DNA of 64,000 nucleotides from Gracilinanus agilis (taxonomy: Eukaryota), in the NCBI RefSeq assembly GCF_016433145.1, contig NC_058131.1, positions 394,560,720 to 394,624,719 on the forward strand, read 5' to 3'. Positions within the stretch are counted from its first letter, which is position 1, and each line of letters begins with the position of its first letter. Of this stretch, positions 35,475 through 49,253 are shown piece by piece. The position numbers and the translations under genes are program-made. The notes below the pieces were generated by a model. The model searched no databases. It was not told the origin of the DNA and saw only the letters and a list, made by a program, of their open reading frames with translations.

Positions 35475-36079
35475 AAATGTTAACTGGCTGACCAGTCTCA
35501 CTTTTGTCTGTTGTTTGAATGGCCAGACCAAAATAATCCAAACCATTCCCCCATCAACCTTTAGGCAGTATCTCCCCAGATTTGGTTAGGTCAGTCTTCA
35601 GATGAGTCTGTTGCTGGGTTGGTGCTTGAGACCATCGAAGTTTGGTAGAAACAACAGTAGCTTCCTTGCCGTCTTGCATCACTTAATAATAGGAGCACAA
35701 CATCAGGGTCACCTTTGTGCAGCATTGGAATAGGGCTTTACAGGAAGAAAATCTTTATCCATACTAATAATAGCACAAATACTAAATAGTCCTAATAATA
35801 GTACAAATGATGATCCCTTGGTTTTACTGAGGGTTTTCAATCACAGGAGTTAAGTCCACTAAGGTAGCTGCTGCCTCTTGGTAAATTCCATACCATCTCC
35901 AGGAAGCAGGAAGAGAGCAAGCGCGATCAGTCAGTTGTCATGATAGAGCTTTCTGCATTCCCTCTGTCCTGCACTCATCCTGAAAAAACACACTAAGGAA
36001 AAATTTCAAATAACCAAAATTTACAAGGGCATTCTGGCTAATTGAATTTTGTACTGAAGCCAAAGCAATGGGTAGAACC

Positions 36080-36290
36080 TGCAAAGAGGCAAGTTTAGGC
36101 TTGATATCAGGAGAAACTTTCTAATGAAAGTGGAATTGGCTGACTCTAGATGTGGAGATCCCCTCTCCTAGGAGGTCTTAAATCAGAGGCTAAAAGACCA
36201 TTTGTCCAATAAGTATAATAGGGATTCCTTCCATGTATAGGTTTGGACTGGTTGGCTATCAAAGGTCCCTTCCAACTCTTTAAATTCCAT
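36080..36290 (+). mobile_element. L3/CR1 3' end
   Basis: AAGTTTAGGCTTGATATCAGG..GGTCCCTTCCAACTCT. A similar piece lies at about 44715-44915. Confidence 0.7.
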
Positions 36291-38089
36291 CAGTCTTGAG
36301 CATTAAGGTTGTCTTAGAATCGATACTAAGGGTTGGTCGATTGAGGTTAAAGTGATTTGCCCAGAATCATGAGTAGGAAGTGTCCGAGGTCAGATTTGAA
36401 CTCAGGACCTCCTGCTTTCAAGTCTTGCTTTCTATCCACTGAGCTACCTAGCTGCCCCATCATTTAGGCTTAAGCCAGAGGTTCTTCAATGTATCATGGA
36501 ATTCCTTTGGGAATCTAAGAAAACCTTTGGACCCAGAATACTGTTTTTAGGTACATAAAATAAAATACATAGGGTTACAAAGGAAAACAATTATACTGAA
36601 ATAAAATAAAGCTAAGTTCATAGGCCCCTGATTTAAATAGAAAACCTTTCTCATTTCTACTATGGCCTAAAAGCAACAGTTAACATTCATGTAATACTTT
36701 AAATGTTCACTAAACCCTCTGGCCTTATTATTTCTTTCTGTCTAAAATACTTTTGCATACAATCCTGCCTAAGTAAATTATTATCCAGCAAATAGAATCC
36801 AATGAAGTCACAGGAATGAATCTTTCTAATCATTTGTAGTATGGCCAGGACTATGAGTTATTCTATGTCACTGATTATTAAGGAGAATGGGAGAGAGGGC
36901 TGAATGGGTATATTCACCATAAAGTGCTATCTGGAAGCCAGTTGCTTTTAAAAAAACAAATATAAACATATCTTTATATGCTTGTCTCCTTATTAAAGCT
37001 GGACTACCTAAAATATTCTGGTTAACTGAGGCTTCCAGGTGGTTGGATTTTGGTTAATTGAAGTTTTGTTACATCTTGTCAGCTTCTATACAGGCATACC
37101 ACTTCATTTGTTATCTTACTCAAAATGTTCATTCATTTATTCATGAAATATTTAAAGGCTAGTTAAGGGGAGAGATGTTATAGAGTTTAGGGAAATCATG
37201 ATTCCTACCCTCCCAGAGTCTAGGAGTGGAGTAAGAACAGATAACACAAATAACTACAATATAGAGCATTATATGATAAGTTCATTAGGTAATTGTAAAG
37301 AAATTGCTATTTTAGGTTTAAGTGGAAAGATCTAGTCATTTCTGAGTACCCTTATGTCTTAAACTTGCTCAATCAAAAGATTATTTCTAATTTAAAAGGC
37401 TGACAGACCTTTTGAGTAAACTGGAAAAACAGGGCTGCTTCAAAACCATCCTCATACTTTCTGTTTCTGGCTCATAGGAGGAGGGGTGCCAGATGTCCAG
37501 TTGCAATTACTTCATGCCCAAAGAGCAGTTCAGGGGAAATTCTCACAGTCAGGGAATGTAAATAGTACATTTATCTTTGGCGGTTGGTTTTTGGTGCTGT
37601 TGTATCTTTTTTCCTTCTTCTTTTTTGGCAGCAGAGGTTGGATTGATTGGCCCCTGCTAAAGCTTCATAGCTTTTTGAAAGAAAAAAAAATTCTTTTTGA
37701 AATTCAGACCAATTATCTTTTGCCCAGAAGTAGTTATTGCTGCCTTTGGATGAGATGTGGGCCAGGTAGAGTTTGAGCTTATGAATAATGAAGAGCTTCA
37801 GAGAAGACTGCTTGCTTTTTGAAAGAGACAGTGAGCATTGTTACAGCTAGTGGCTACTTCAACTTTTAGTGCATTAACCATTATAAATCCATACATGGAA
37901 TAGAAGGTATAGAAAATCCTATCTGCACTTTAAGACCCAGCTCAAATCCTATCTCTTTCATGGAGCAAGTGGCATTCTGTATCTAACATGTATTTTTTCC
38001 TTACTTCTTATAAGAATCCTTTGCTTTCTTAAATCATGGTTCAGATGCTACCCTCTCAGGCTTATCTTCCTACCTCAAGTACTTACAGC

Positions 38090-38240
38090 TCTCCCCCACT
38101 CTCCCTTTCTTTATCTCTCTCTCTCTCCTTCCCCTCTTCTCTCTCTTCCTTTCTCCCTCTCTCCTTTCCTCCCTTCCTTCTCTCTGCTCTCTCTTCTCTC
38201 TCTCCTTCTCTCCTTTTCCCTCTCTGTCTCTGTCTCTGAC
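38090..38240. repeat. Imperfect CT-rich pyrimidine tract within an L2 remnant
   Basis: Almost exclusively C/T; a similar tract lies at about 15420-15520. Confidence 0.85.
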
Positions 38241-39044
38241 TTTGTGTATTTACTTACTTATGTCTATGTAGCCTCCTTCCAGAAAAAAATAAGCTTCTTG
38301 AGGACAGAGATTATTTTGGTTGTGTCTTTCTATACTCAGCACTTACTACAGTATCTTATACATAATAGACACTTAAGTATTTGTTAAATCAGTTTGGTCT
38401 CATTCTCCTTGGGTGCTTAAGATCTTTCCCACAGATTTAAGCACTCATGTCTTTTGTTGTCCACAATTGTTTTATGTGGGTTAGTGTTGGTGTCTAAAAA
38501 TATCATAAAGATATTTGAGGGCAGAGACTATGCCTTCCTCTTCTTCTCTACCACTCAGAGCTCCCCAAGAAGGTGCTAGGCACAAAGAACTATTCAGTAA
38601 TTACTTTTCAGTTATTTGAAACTAAAGTTATTCGTTTGTGGTATCCAACAACAGGGCCACACAGAATGAAGTTAGAGATGATGGGAATGGTTAAATTCAA
38701 GCTTTTGAGTTCAGGAGGTCCAGAGATAGCCCATATAGATTGGAGCAGCAGATATGGAGTTTTGGTTCCTTCTGAGACCTGTGCAAGGGCTGTGTTTCTT
38801 AACCTTTTTGTGTGTATCATGGACTCTTTTTGGTAGTCCAATGAAATTGTAGACCCATTCTCAGACAAGAGGTGTTTATAAGAAAATACACAAGATTACA
38901 AAGGAATTGAAATGCAGTTATGAAAATTTTTTTTAAATTAATAAACCCCAATTTAAGAATCCCTGACCTAGTCTGATAAAACTTTCTCAGATGCTTTTTA
39001 CACATATCTGATACAGTAGAAATGACCACTTTGAGTCTAAGCAG

Positions 39045-39290
39045 TACCAGGGTACCTCAGTGGCACAGTGAATAGAGTGCCAGGCCTGGAATCAGGAAGA
39101 TTTATCTTTCTGAGGTCAAGCCTGACCTCAGATACTTATTACCTGTGTGACCCTGGGCAAGTCTGTTTTCCTCAATTTTCTCTTCTATAAAATGAGCTGG
39201 AGAAGGAAATGGCAAACTGCTCTGGTACCTTACCAAGAAAATTCCAAATGGGATCATGAAGTATTGAAAAATGATCAAACTATAAGAAAC
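39045..39290 (+). mobile_element. MAR1-type SINE
   Basis: GGAGAAGGAAATGGCAAAC..CCAAGAAAATTCCAAATGGG tail. Confidence 0.8.
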
Positions 39291-39814
39291 TATTGGAGAA
39301 ATTTTTTCTGCAGTTCTAAAGGAGGAAAAATCCCTTTGTAATAGAAATAGAACCAATGTCAGCCACTTTATCTGTACAAAACAGTAATTTTTCCTTGATA
39401 GCATGATCCCCTGATCCTTTAGTCTGACTTTGTCCAAAAAAGTAATGCACTCAGACATTTAGACCAAATTAGCCGTCCTTCTTTATAGGTTTTGTCTGAA
39501 CATAATGTTAAAATTGAACCTGACTTATCGGCATCTGATGAGAAAGATTTTATCTGAAACTGCTTTTAAGGTGGCAAAGGACAGAAGTCAGTATATTATT
39601 GAATTGTCCTCACCTTTCACCTCTCCAAAAAAGAAATATAATAAAATTCAAGCTAGTGACACTGTATAACTGCTTACATTATTTTTCCCAGGACCAGAGC
39701 TTGATAAGTCCCTGTGCACCTAGTGGTCAGAAATTTACTAAGTTCCATTTTGTTCATTTTTTCTGACTTTTCCCATCTTTTGGAATTATTTAAAATTTAG
39801 ACCTTGTCTTCTGA

Positions 39815-40040
39815 AGTTTTTTTTTTGTTTGTTTTTTTTAACCCTTACCTTCTGTCTTGGAGCCAATACTGTGTATTGTGTATTGGCTCCAAGGCAGAAG
39901 AGTGGTAAGGGTAGGCAATGAGGGTCAAGTGACTTGCCCAGGGTCACACAGCTGGGAAGTGGCTGAGGCCAGATTTGAACCTAGGACCTCCCCATCTCTA
40001 GGCCTGACTCTCACTCCACTGAGCTACCCAGCTGCCCCCC
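39815..40040 (-). mobile_element. Mdo-type SINE
   Basis: Full length; TSD-like TCTTCTGA on both sides. Confidence 0.9.
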
Positions 40041-41726
40041 ATCTTCTGATTTTTAATTTTGCCACTCAACTTTGGCATTATCAGCAAATTTAACGAGTGC
40101 CCTTTCTATTCTGACTCCTTGAGCCTTTAACAAAACTTAGAAATGTTTCATTGAGGCCTTGTCCCTGCCATCACTTTTCCCACAGACTAGTTTACAGTGG
40201 TCCATTGTTGACTATTTTCCAGGGAAGGCATCTACAAACCAAGATGAAATTCAAAATCTGCATGTTCCTAATTCAAATGAGGCATTTGGAATACTTGTGC
40301 ACCCCTACGCAACCATGCTATAGTTCTTATTTCAAGGATATTTTGTTTTTGCTATGATGAAGAGAGGCAGCAAGGTGTAGTTAACAGCGTCAGATTGGGA
40401 ATCGGGAAGACCTGAGAGTTTTAGTCTTGCCTCTGACACATACTTTTATTATGACCCTGAATAATTCTCTGGATTCTCTGTGCTTAATGCAACCACTAAA
40501 TCTTAATATTGTAGACTACCTGCTGATTTGCACTGGCAATGGCTGTGGAATCTAGTGGGAGTCTGTCAGGGGAAATTTCTCAAACCAATTAAAGTGCCAT
40601 GCAAGACCCCCCCAAGAGGGATGAAACCATATTTATGGATAGGAGGTATCCTTTTTCTCTGATTACCACTAAGAAGTTTTTGGTGCATCTCTTAAGTTAA
40701 ACCGTATCATTTTTCTGTCATTGGCCAAAAGAAAGTAAGTGGAAAAATGGAATCCTAGAAGGGAATCACATGCTTTGATGCCTTTTGATTCTCTTATCTA
40801 CAGTGGATTTATTCTGACCTTTTATGACCTTTGGATAACTGCCAGAAACCAGAGATTCCCAAAGCTACCTAAATGGGTGGACCTTTCTTTGTTCATACTT
40901 CACTGAGGCAAAATCATAATTCTTAAGTAAATATGGTCAAAACTCAGGGTTTAAGGGATATGTGGCCTCTCTCTGCCCATTGGGCTTGGTATTAATGGTT
41001 TGCTCTTCACCAAGAAAAGCTATCCAAGGCTGGCATTTCCTTACTTCTAATTTTAAAAATCTGATTTCACAACCTAAGATCTGATCGTTGGTCATTCATC
41101 GAGACTGCAGAGTCTCTAAGACACTTGCTATCAGAAAAGTTGGAAGTCAGGAATGTGAAGCAGCTACCCCTCTAAAAGGATTCAAGGTAGTAAGGAAGCC
41201 AAACACTTTTTTTTTCCTACTGAGGAAAGAACAAAGTTGATCGTGTTTCAGTGAATTTAAGATGGAACACTGTCCTAGTGAGTTTAGACAGGACCCTATG
41301 CTATTCTGAGGTAGTAATCTGAACAAAGGAAAGTCAGTAATCAAATGAATGCCTTCATATTGATCCTGATTACTGTAATCTTGACAAATGGAGATTCTCT
41401 TAAAGCCATTACTAATGTAATATCAATGTGTGTAGTTATGGATGTATCCTCCTGACCAAATCAGCCACAAACATAAATCATAATGTAGTATAGTTGCATG
41501 AGATTTGGGGTTGGCCACAATCCATATATATGTGAGAACGGATTTTGTGAAAGGTTGGCCTCTGACCTGACACATTCAAAATTGCTCACTAATTTGAAAA
41601 CAAAAACAAAAACAAAAAACAAAAACCAGAACAGATCTATTATAAACATTACTGTGGCATAAAGTTGTTAGTGCACCTTTGAGAGAATCAGCCCTGTTCC
41701 AGGAACAATGCTGTCCCACTCTTTTT

Positions 41727-42613
41727 TTTTCCCCACAAACATTTATTAATATTCATTTTTAACATGGTTACATGATTCATGCTCCTCCTTTCCCCTTCAC
41801 CCCCTCCCCCACTCCCCCCACCCATGGCCGATGCGCATTTCCACTAGTTTTGTCATGTGTCCTTGATCAAGACCAATTTCCAAATTGTTGGTAGTTGCAT
41901 TGGTGTGGTCGTTTTGAGTCCACACCCTCAATCATGTCCACCCCGACCCATGCGTTCAAGCAGTTGTTTTTCTTATATGTTTCCTCTCCTGCAGTCCTTC
42001 CTCTGAATGTGGGTAGCGTCTTTACCATAAATCCCTCAGAATTGTCCTGGGTCATTGTATTGCTGCTGGTACAAAGGTCCATTACATTCAATTTTACCAT
42101 AGTATATCAGTCTCTGTGTACAGAGTTCTTCTGGCTCTGCTCCTTTCCCTCTGCATCTGTTCCTGGAGGTCTCTCCAGTTCGCCTAGAACTCCTCCAGTT
42201 TATTATTCCTTTTAGCACAATAGTATTCCATCACCCGCATATACCACAGTTTGTTCAGCCATTCCCCAATTGAAGGACATACCCTCCTTTTCCAATTTGT
42301 TGCCACCATAAAAAGCGCAGCTATAAATATTTTCGTACAAGTCTGTTTATCTATGATCTCTTTGGGATACAAACCCAGCAATGGTATGGCTGGATCAAAG
42401 GGCAGGCATTCTTTTATAGCCCTTTGAGCATGATTCCAAATTGCCAGCCAGAATGGCTGGATCAGTTCACAGCTCCACCAGCAATGCATTAATGTCCCAA
42501 TTTTGCCACATCCCCTCCAACATTCATTACTCTCCCCTTCTTTCATTTTAGCCAATCTGCTAGGTGTGAGGTGATACCTCAGAGTTGTTTTGATTTGCAT
42601 TTCTCTAATTATT
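41727..42613 (-). mobile_element. Young 5'-truncated L1 (ORF2 C-terminal domain plus 3' UTR) with 15-bp TSD
   Basis: TSD TGTCCCACTCTTTTT at 41712-41726 and 42614-42628. ORF reads [33 protein letters not shown] (CCHC knuckle); premature TAG at 42184-42186. Confidence 0.95.
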
Positions 42614-43099
42614 TGTCCCACTCTTTTTAAAGAAGCTTCAGAATTATACTATTCTGTCCTAGTAGGAGGACCAACTTCTGTTGTATTAAGTAGCTGTCTT
42701 ACGTGGAAACCCTTTTCCAATGTTCTTCAGGAATGATTCAGGGTCTCTTATTGCTCTCTTTGGAACATATAGGCTGAAATGAAGAGGTGGCAAGATGAAG
42801 AGGGCTAGATTGGGAGTCACTGGATCATGTTGAGATCCAGAGAGCATAAATGATTTATTCAGGGTCTAGAGAGTTCAAGTGACTTGCCCAAGATCTCACA
42901 GGTAATCAATAGGAGACTGAAAGTAGTGGAATTGAAATGTAGGTCCTCTGACTTCAAATTCAGTTTTTCTATTCTAATCTGATGGGGATGAGGTGACATG
43001 AGTTCTAACACCAATTTGGCCCCTAGGATCTTATATGATATGAGTCCATTCCCATCTATGTTGTTCTATAAAATATAGGAATAGGCGGCTAGTTTAAGC

Positions 43100-43535
43100 A
43101 TTTAAGTATTTTTCCATGGTTACATGATTCATGTTCTTTCCCTCCCCAAACAAAAGAGCACAACTATGAATATTTTTGTACAAACATTTTTCCTTATTTC
43201 TTTGGGATACAAACCCAGCAGTGGAATTGGTGGATCAAAGGGCAGGCATTCTTTTAAAGTCCTTTGGGCATAGTTCCAAATTGCCTTCCAGAACGCTTGG
43301 ATCAATCACAATCCCACCAACAATCTCAATTTTGCTGCATCTCCTCCAACATTTATTATTTTCCTTTTCTGACATATTGGCCAATCTGTTAGGTATGAGG
43401 TGATACCTCAGAGTTGTTCTGATTTGCATTTCTCTAATCAAGAGGGATTTAAATCACTTTTTCATGTGATTATTGATAGTCTTGATTTCTTTATCTGAAA
43501 ACTGCCTATTCATATTCTTTAACAATTGGGCAGCT
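43100..43535 (-). mobile_element. L1 fragment with an internal deletion of about 0.5 kb
   Basis: The 3' UTR tip (43100-43150) is joined directly to ORF2 ([16 protein letters not shown]). Confidence 0.8.
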
Positions 43536-45924
43536 GGTTTAGAACACTGGACTCTTGGAATCAGTAAGACTTGAGTTTCAATTATTCCTCATACACTTAC
43601 AATTATGTGACTGTGAAGGAGTCACTTAACTTCTCAGCCTCAGTTTCCTCACTTGAAAAGTAGAAATAATAATAGCATTATTTTTTCTACATATTAAATA
43701 CATTAGTATATATAATACCATAAATAAAATATAGTATTATCAGAGGGCTGTTGTGAGAATCAAATGATATCACATATATAAGGTATTTTGCAAACCCTAA
43801 AGCAACATATAAATGCTAGCTCTTATTTTTATTATCTTTTAGGGTCAGATACAACTCTTAACACTCTATGAAGCTTTAGGAAAAGGAATTGATACATAGG
43901 GATTATCTCACAAGTTAAATGCTAGCAGATGATGAATGTACCAAATGGCTGAAATCTGTGGGTTAAAGAAACCATTGGAAAGAGTCAGCCCAACTAGGGA
44001 TAAATGGACCACTTTGGTTCAGTGGCAGTTTATAGTTAGCAAAATGGTAGATCTTATTAGGGCTCTACTAACCTGACTGCTTAGAATTTTTCACATTTGT
44101 CCCTTTTCTATACCATTATACTTTTACAAGGAATTATTTAAATCTCATTCATTAATCAGAAATTTTCTTAGGCAGAACTCAGGTCATCTTCTATTTACTA
44201 TGTCACTCTGCACCATGTTATCAAAGGGATGCAAATAAATGTTTTCACTAAAGATAAAATGGAGGTAAGCCAACAAACTATTCAGCTTAACCTTTTTAGA
44301 TGTCTATTTGTTTCTGATGCTGGAAATCCAGTGTTGAAGGGAGAAATACAGGCCAAACTATCTTCATGGAATGTCAGAGCTGGGAGTAATTTTAAATATC
44401 ATCCAGTTCTATTCTCTCATTTTAGTATGTTTATGATTTTCCACAAGTAATGCGCTGTCATTATTACACACAAAAAAAAGAAGTAAAATGTCACTCTTTG
44501 ATGATAGGAACCTGCATTGTACGGAGGGGAGACGGAGTGGAGGTTAATTGCAATTTGAGCAAAAGCAGCTTGAGAAATTTGATTCTGTCCATAAAGACAC
44601 TAAGATTATAAACACTCCCTCAGATAAAAAGACAAGTGGCTTACCTTGTGTACACCCTCCCCCCCCCCAAAAAAAAAGATTTCCCCTAATGAAATTAAAA
44701 GCTTTATTCTGGACAGCATAAAAATATTTCTTACCAATGGAGTCACTAGACAGTAAGCTGATGCCATAAGAAAAGAGTTAGAAGCATTATCTCTAGGGAC
44801 ATTTAAAGCAAGATTGAATAAAGCCCTGGGATGTCTATTATAGGGGAAAATCCTTTCTTAGCCTGAGAAGAATAGGCTGGATTGTATAATGGGTCATTTC
44901 TAATTTCTCTGCAGGATTATGTGAAAATAAATATAGTTCTGTCCATCGAATATTACACAGTTTTTTGTCCATTGAATATTGATTGGCAAAGAACAGGGGG
45001 ATCAATATTAATAAATGTTTGAAGTTATTTGACAGCTGTACTACTATAGACCAAAAAAGGTGAGGGGGTGGGGGTGAGAGGGGCCAAGAGACACAGAGAA
45101 CTGCCCAGATGACAGAACACTCTGGAGCTCATCTCATTACTTCCCATTCACTAGAGTTTAGTATGAAAATGCCTTGGAGAATGGAGAAGCTGTTTCAACA
45201 TGTCATCCCCACAGTAGGTGAGATGTCAAGATTTCATAACCACTGAATGCCCTGAAGTTAGACACTGACTTGTCACATCCAAGGCAAAGTCAGGGTGGAA
45301 AATGCAGTGTTTCCATTACTAGTTTTCAAACAGACTGTAGGAATTTGGTCTGAGGATATAGACACATTTTGTTCCCTGGCAGCTTGATTAATATCTTTGC
45401 TTAGATCCTTGTAAGTTCTCTCTGTTACTGGTGAAAAAGTCTAAAGATAACAATAAAATCTGAAGCTAGTTAGTAAACATGGCTTGCAAGGCAGAAGAAC
45501 AAAGAAACAGCTCCTTTCTTTTGATATACTGTGATAAAGACCAGCATAGAAAAGAAACTCTTAGCCAGTTAAGTACAAGTTTCCCATCTTTTTAATTTGC
45601 TCCATGTTACAACGAGCCCAGCACTCCAAACATAAGTACTGTTTGATGGTCAACTCAAAAGACACTGACTTTGAAGACAACACAAAATGGTGGGTTAATG
45701 CTGGAATTTCAGATGCTTGTATTATCTTGAAGAGGGAAAGTGAAGACTGCTGAGGCACTTTCTAAACATTGAAGTAGAGCAAGATTTCATTCATCGCATT
45801 TCTGAAATCAACTAATTTGTATTTAATTGTCTTTAAAAATATACATTCAACATGAAAATTAAAGAGAGACCATAAGAACTCATAGATTTGGAGATAGAAA
45901 AGATATTAGAGAGACCACATAGTC

Positions 45925-46139
45925 CAATGATTCTTCACTGTTTTTAAACCATGGGCTTTCGGGCACTTTGAAACCTATGGAGCCCCTTTCCAGAATAATA
46001 GTTGTTTTTTTAAAAAATCAGAATGAAAAGAAATATTAATTTTTAGTTAGTTTAATGAAAATGAAGATATAAAAATTTTCCCATCCAAATTCACAGATCT
46101 GCTGAAAGTTCCTTATGAACTACAAGTTAAGAATTGCTA
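45925..46139 (+). mobile_element. hAT/Charlie-type MITE with 8-bp TSD
   Basis: Degenerate TIRs; TSD ACATAGTC / AACTAGTC. Confidence 0.65.
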
Positions 46140-46179
46140 AACTAGTCCAACACTTCATTTTATACATAAAGACCTAAGA

Positions 46180-46394
46180 GGGGCAGTTAGGTGGCCCAGT
46201 GGATAGAGATCCAGGACTAGAGATGGGAGATTCTAGATTCGAATATGACTTTAGATACTTCCTAGCCATGTGACTCTGAGCAAATCACTTAACCTACATT
46301 GCCTAGCTCTAGCACTCTTCTGCCTTAGAGCCAGTACACAGTAATGATTCTAAGATGAAAGGTGGCAAGGGTTTTTTATTTTTTATTTTTTAAA
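46180..46394 (+). mobile_element. Mdo-type SINE
   Basis: Full length; ACCTAAGA on both sides. Confidence 0.88.
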
Positions 46395-46779
46395 ACCTAA
46401 GACATAGAGATGATAAATGACATCACCCAAGTAGTAAATGGAGTCAGTATTCAAACCTGGAGACTCTGACTCTCTCCCCAAGGAGTACGTTTCCCACTAT
46501 ACTATACTGTAGTACACCTTTCTAGATTATAATGCTTTAGGCAAGTTTGTATCCTTGGAATAGGAAACTTTAGTAAAAAAGTCTTTAGCCAGAGGGAAAG
46601 AGTTCAATATATACAAAAATATGTATAGTAGCTCCCCCATCAATGAGGACGGTTTATATCAGTTAATGTCAAACTCAAATAGAAACAGGAGCCACAAAAC
46701 CAGATCATACTGACATAAAAAATGTCAATGCTCTATTGTATTTTTATTTTTCTTGTTAAATATATCCCAATTACATTTT

Positions 46780-46957
46780 TTTTAACCCTTAACTTCTGTG
46801 TATTGGCTCCTTGGTGGAAGAGTGGTAAGGGTGGGCAATGGAGGTTAAGTGACTTGCCCAGGGTCACACAGCTGGGAAGTGTCTGAGGCCAGATTTGAAT
46901 CCAGGACCTCCCATCTCTAGGCCTGACTCTCAAATCACTGAGTTACCCAGCGCTCCC
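46780..46957 (-). mobile_element. Mdo-type SINE with 14-bp TSD, nested in a hAT MITE (about 46660-47075)
   Basis: TSD CCCAATTACATTTT at 46766-46779 and 46958-46971. Confidence 0.9.
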
Positions 46958-47473
46958 CCCAATTACATTTTAATCTCAATTACATTTTAATGTTTCCCAC
47001 TTGCATTTTAATAATTCCCAATTACATTTTAATACTCAGAGTAATCACATTGGGGCCTTCAGGCTATGTGTTTCACACCTGGTTTATACAATACCTACAG
47101 TAATGTGAAGGCAAATACCACTGAAAGACATTAGAACTCCATTCAATGTGGTGAACAATCATGACTTCAGAGAACATATGGTAAACCTTGTCTTCCTCTC
47201 AGCATAAAGACAGTGAACTGTAGAAGAATGAGGCTTATGTTGTCAGAGGCCATTATGTTCATTTGTTTTTCCTAACTGTACCCCCTTGATAGCTGGGAAT
47301 GTTCCATTGATCAAGGGAAAGTAATAATATTTTTTAAAAGGGCATCAAGAAAAATATGTACACACGTATGTATATCTATCTATATATCTTAATATCTGTT
47401 TCTCTCTATATATATCAAAGTATGATATATATCATATATATAAAAAGTATTCTTTGTATATGCCATACCAATT

Positions 47474-47533
<60 letters not shown>
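47474..47533. repeat. Compound (TA)9(TG)21 microsatellite
   Basis: Direct count. Confidence 0.95.
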
Positions 47534-47537
<4 letters not shown>

Positions 47538-47610
47538 AAACCTAAAAAAAGGGAGGATTAGTTAAAAGCTGAATTGGTTTTTGTTTGTGTGTATTCATCA
47601 GTTAATCTTT

Positions 47611-47798
47611 TTTTTTTTTTTAAACCCTTGTACTTCGGTGTATTGTCTCATAGGTGGAAGAGTGGTAAGGGTGGGCAATGGGGGTCAAGTGACTTGCCCA
47701 GGGTCACACAGCTGGGAAGTGGCTGAGGCCAGGTTTGAACCTAGGACCTCCTGTCTCTAGGCCTGACTCTCACTCCACTGAGCTACCCAGCTGCCCCT
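47611..47798 (-). mobile_element. Very young SINE (GAGACAATACACCGAAGTACAAGGG tail subfamily)
   Basis: TSD AGTTAATCTTT at 47600-47610 and 47799-47809. Confidence 0.93.
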
Positions 47799-49042
47799 AG
47801 TTAATCTTTAATACCATAGATTTTTTAATGTGCACTTGAATTACTTACTTTTCCCATGTTACAAGCTTGTTTACTTTGAGGGGGATATCCATCTTGGTCA
47901 GTGTTGTTCCTCTCAGGTCCTCTTAGCTTGGGTTCATAGGACATGAGTCAGCTGGGTGTGGTACCTTAGCATTCAGTCCATCCACTTTTCCTGGAGCTTC
48001 TCAATGCCATATAAATACAGGTCCTTGTCAAATGCCACAATCATGTGATAAGCTACAATGCATTGGCTAGAACAAAGTATTTTGGCTTGATTCCATTGAC
48101 CAACATTTAATTGACAAGATCAGATCATTTAGGGTTGGAAGGGATCTTAGAAATTATTTATTTCAATAACCCCCTTTTATAGATGAGGAAACTGAGAGCA
48201 CCCACAGGTTGTAGGGCGAGTCCATAGACATTTGGGTATTAGAGAACAAATCAGAGATTCAAACCCATGTGCTATGATTATAGTTTTGATGTTCATTTAT
48301 CCTATACCACAGTGCTCTTTAGAATGTGTTATGTTCATATTGCTGGCCACACAAAGAGTTAATTAGATTACATATCTACTTACTTTTTTTTAATCCAATT
48401 GCTTCCAGTGCTGCATAAGTAAAAGTTACCATTGATGGCATTTTTTGGCATTGATTCAATTTTTTAAAATGTTTCACAAAATTTGTATTTTGTTAAGGAC
48501 AAATGTTCTGCCAATTTGTCAGCCTTTCAGGTAATAAATCTGATCTTAAATGGTATTTTCATTTTAACTATAAGTCCAGAACATTGGAAAAGTTCTTTGA
48601 GAATCAATTTAACATCACCTGCATATAGATATGGGTTCAACTCGATTACTGAAGGAAAGAGTCAAAACAGAAAGCAAGAGGGCCTAGGATAGACCCTCAG
48701 GGTACACTGAGGGTAAGGGAGTAGTAATTCACAATAATACCACAGAGACCCAACTAAACATTTTCATTGGCATATAAGGAAATTTAATGCCAAAAAAATA
48801 AAGTGACTTTTGAAAGGTCATGCTACCTATTAGTAGTAGAATCAGGACTGGAACTCAGACCTCCTTGTTTCTAGTTCACTGCTCTTTCTAGTGTGGGCTA
48901 CATTCATTAGACTACATTGCCTCTTTATATTTTATACATTCTCATTACACGGAAGAATGACCTATCCCAAAATAAGCATATCACAATTCCTACGGAGGAT
49001 TCTCAAATTATTTTCCTAAGCCTCTCTTTTGAAATATTGCTG

Positions 49043-49253
49043 ATTCAGGGGTAGCTAAGTAGCCAAACTTGGAGTCAGGAAGACCTTGGGGTTGGGAAGA
49101 CCTGGGTTCAAATTTGACACCAAATTCTTACTAGCTGTGTAACCTTGGGTAAGTCACTTAAGCCAGATTGCTTAGTCCTTATCACCCTTTTGCCTTGGAA
49201 CCAATACTTCATATCAATTCTAAGACAGAAGGTAAAGATTAAAAAAAGAAAAA
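49043..49253 (+). mobile_element. Mdo-type SINE with 12-bp TSD
   Basis: TSD GAAATATTGCTG at 49031-49042 and 49254-49265. Confidence 0.88.

Noticed and set aside
42184-42621. 145-aa minus-strand ORF with a Cys/His motif
   Set aside because: It is the L1 ORF2 C-terminus inside a TSD-flanked, 5'-truncated insertion with a premature stop, not a host gene.
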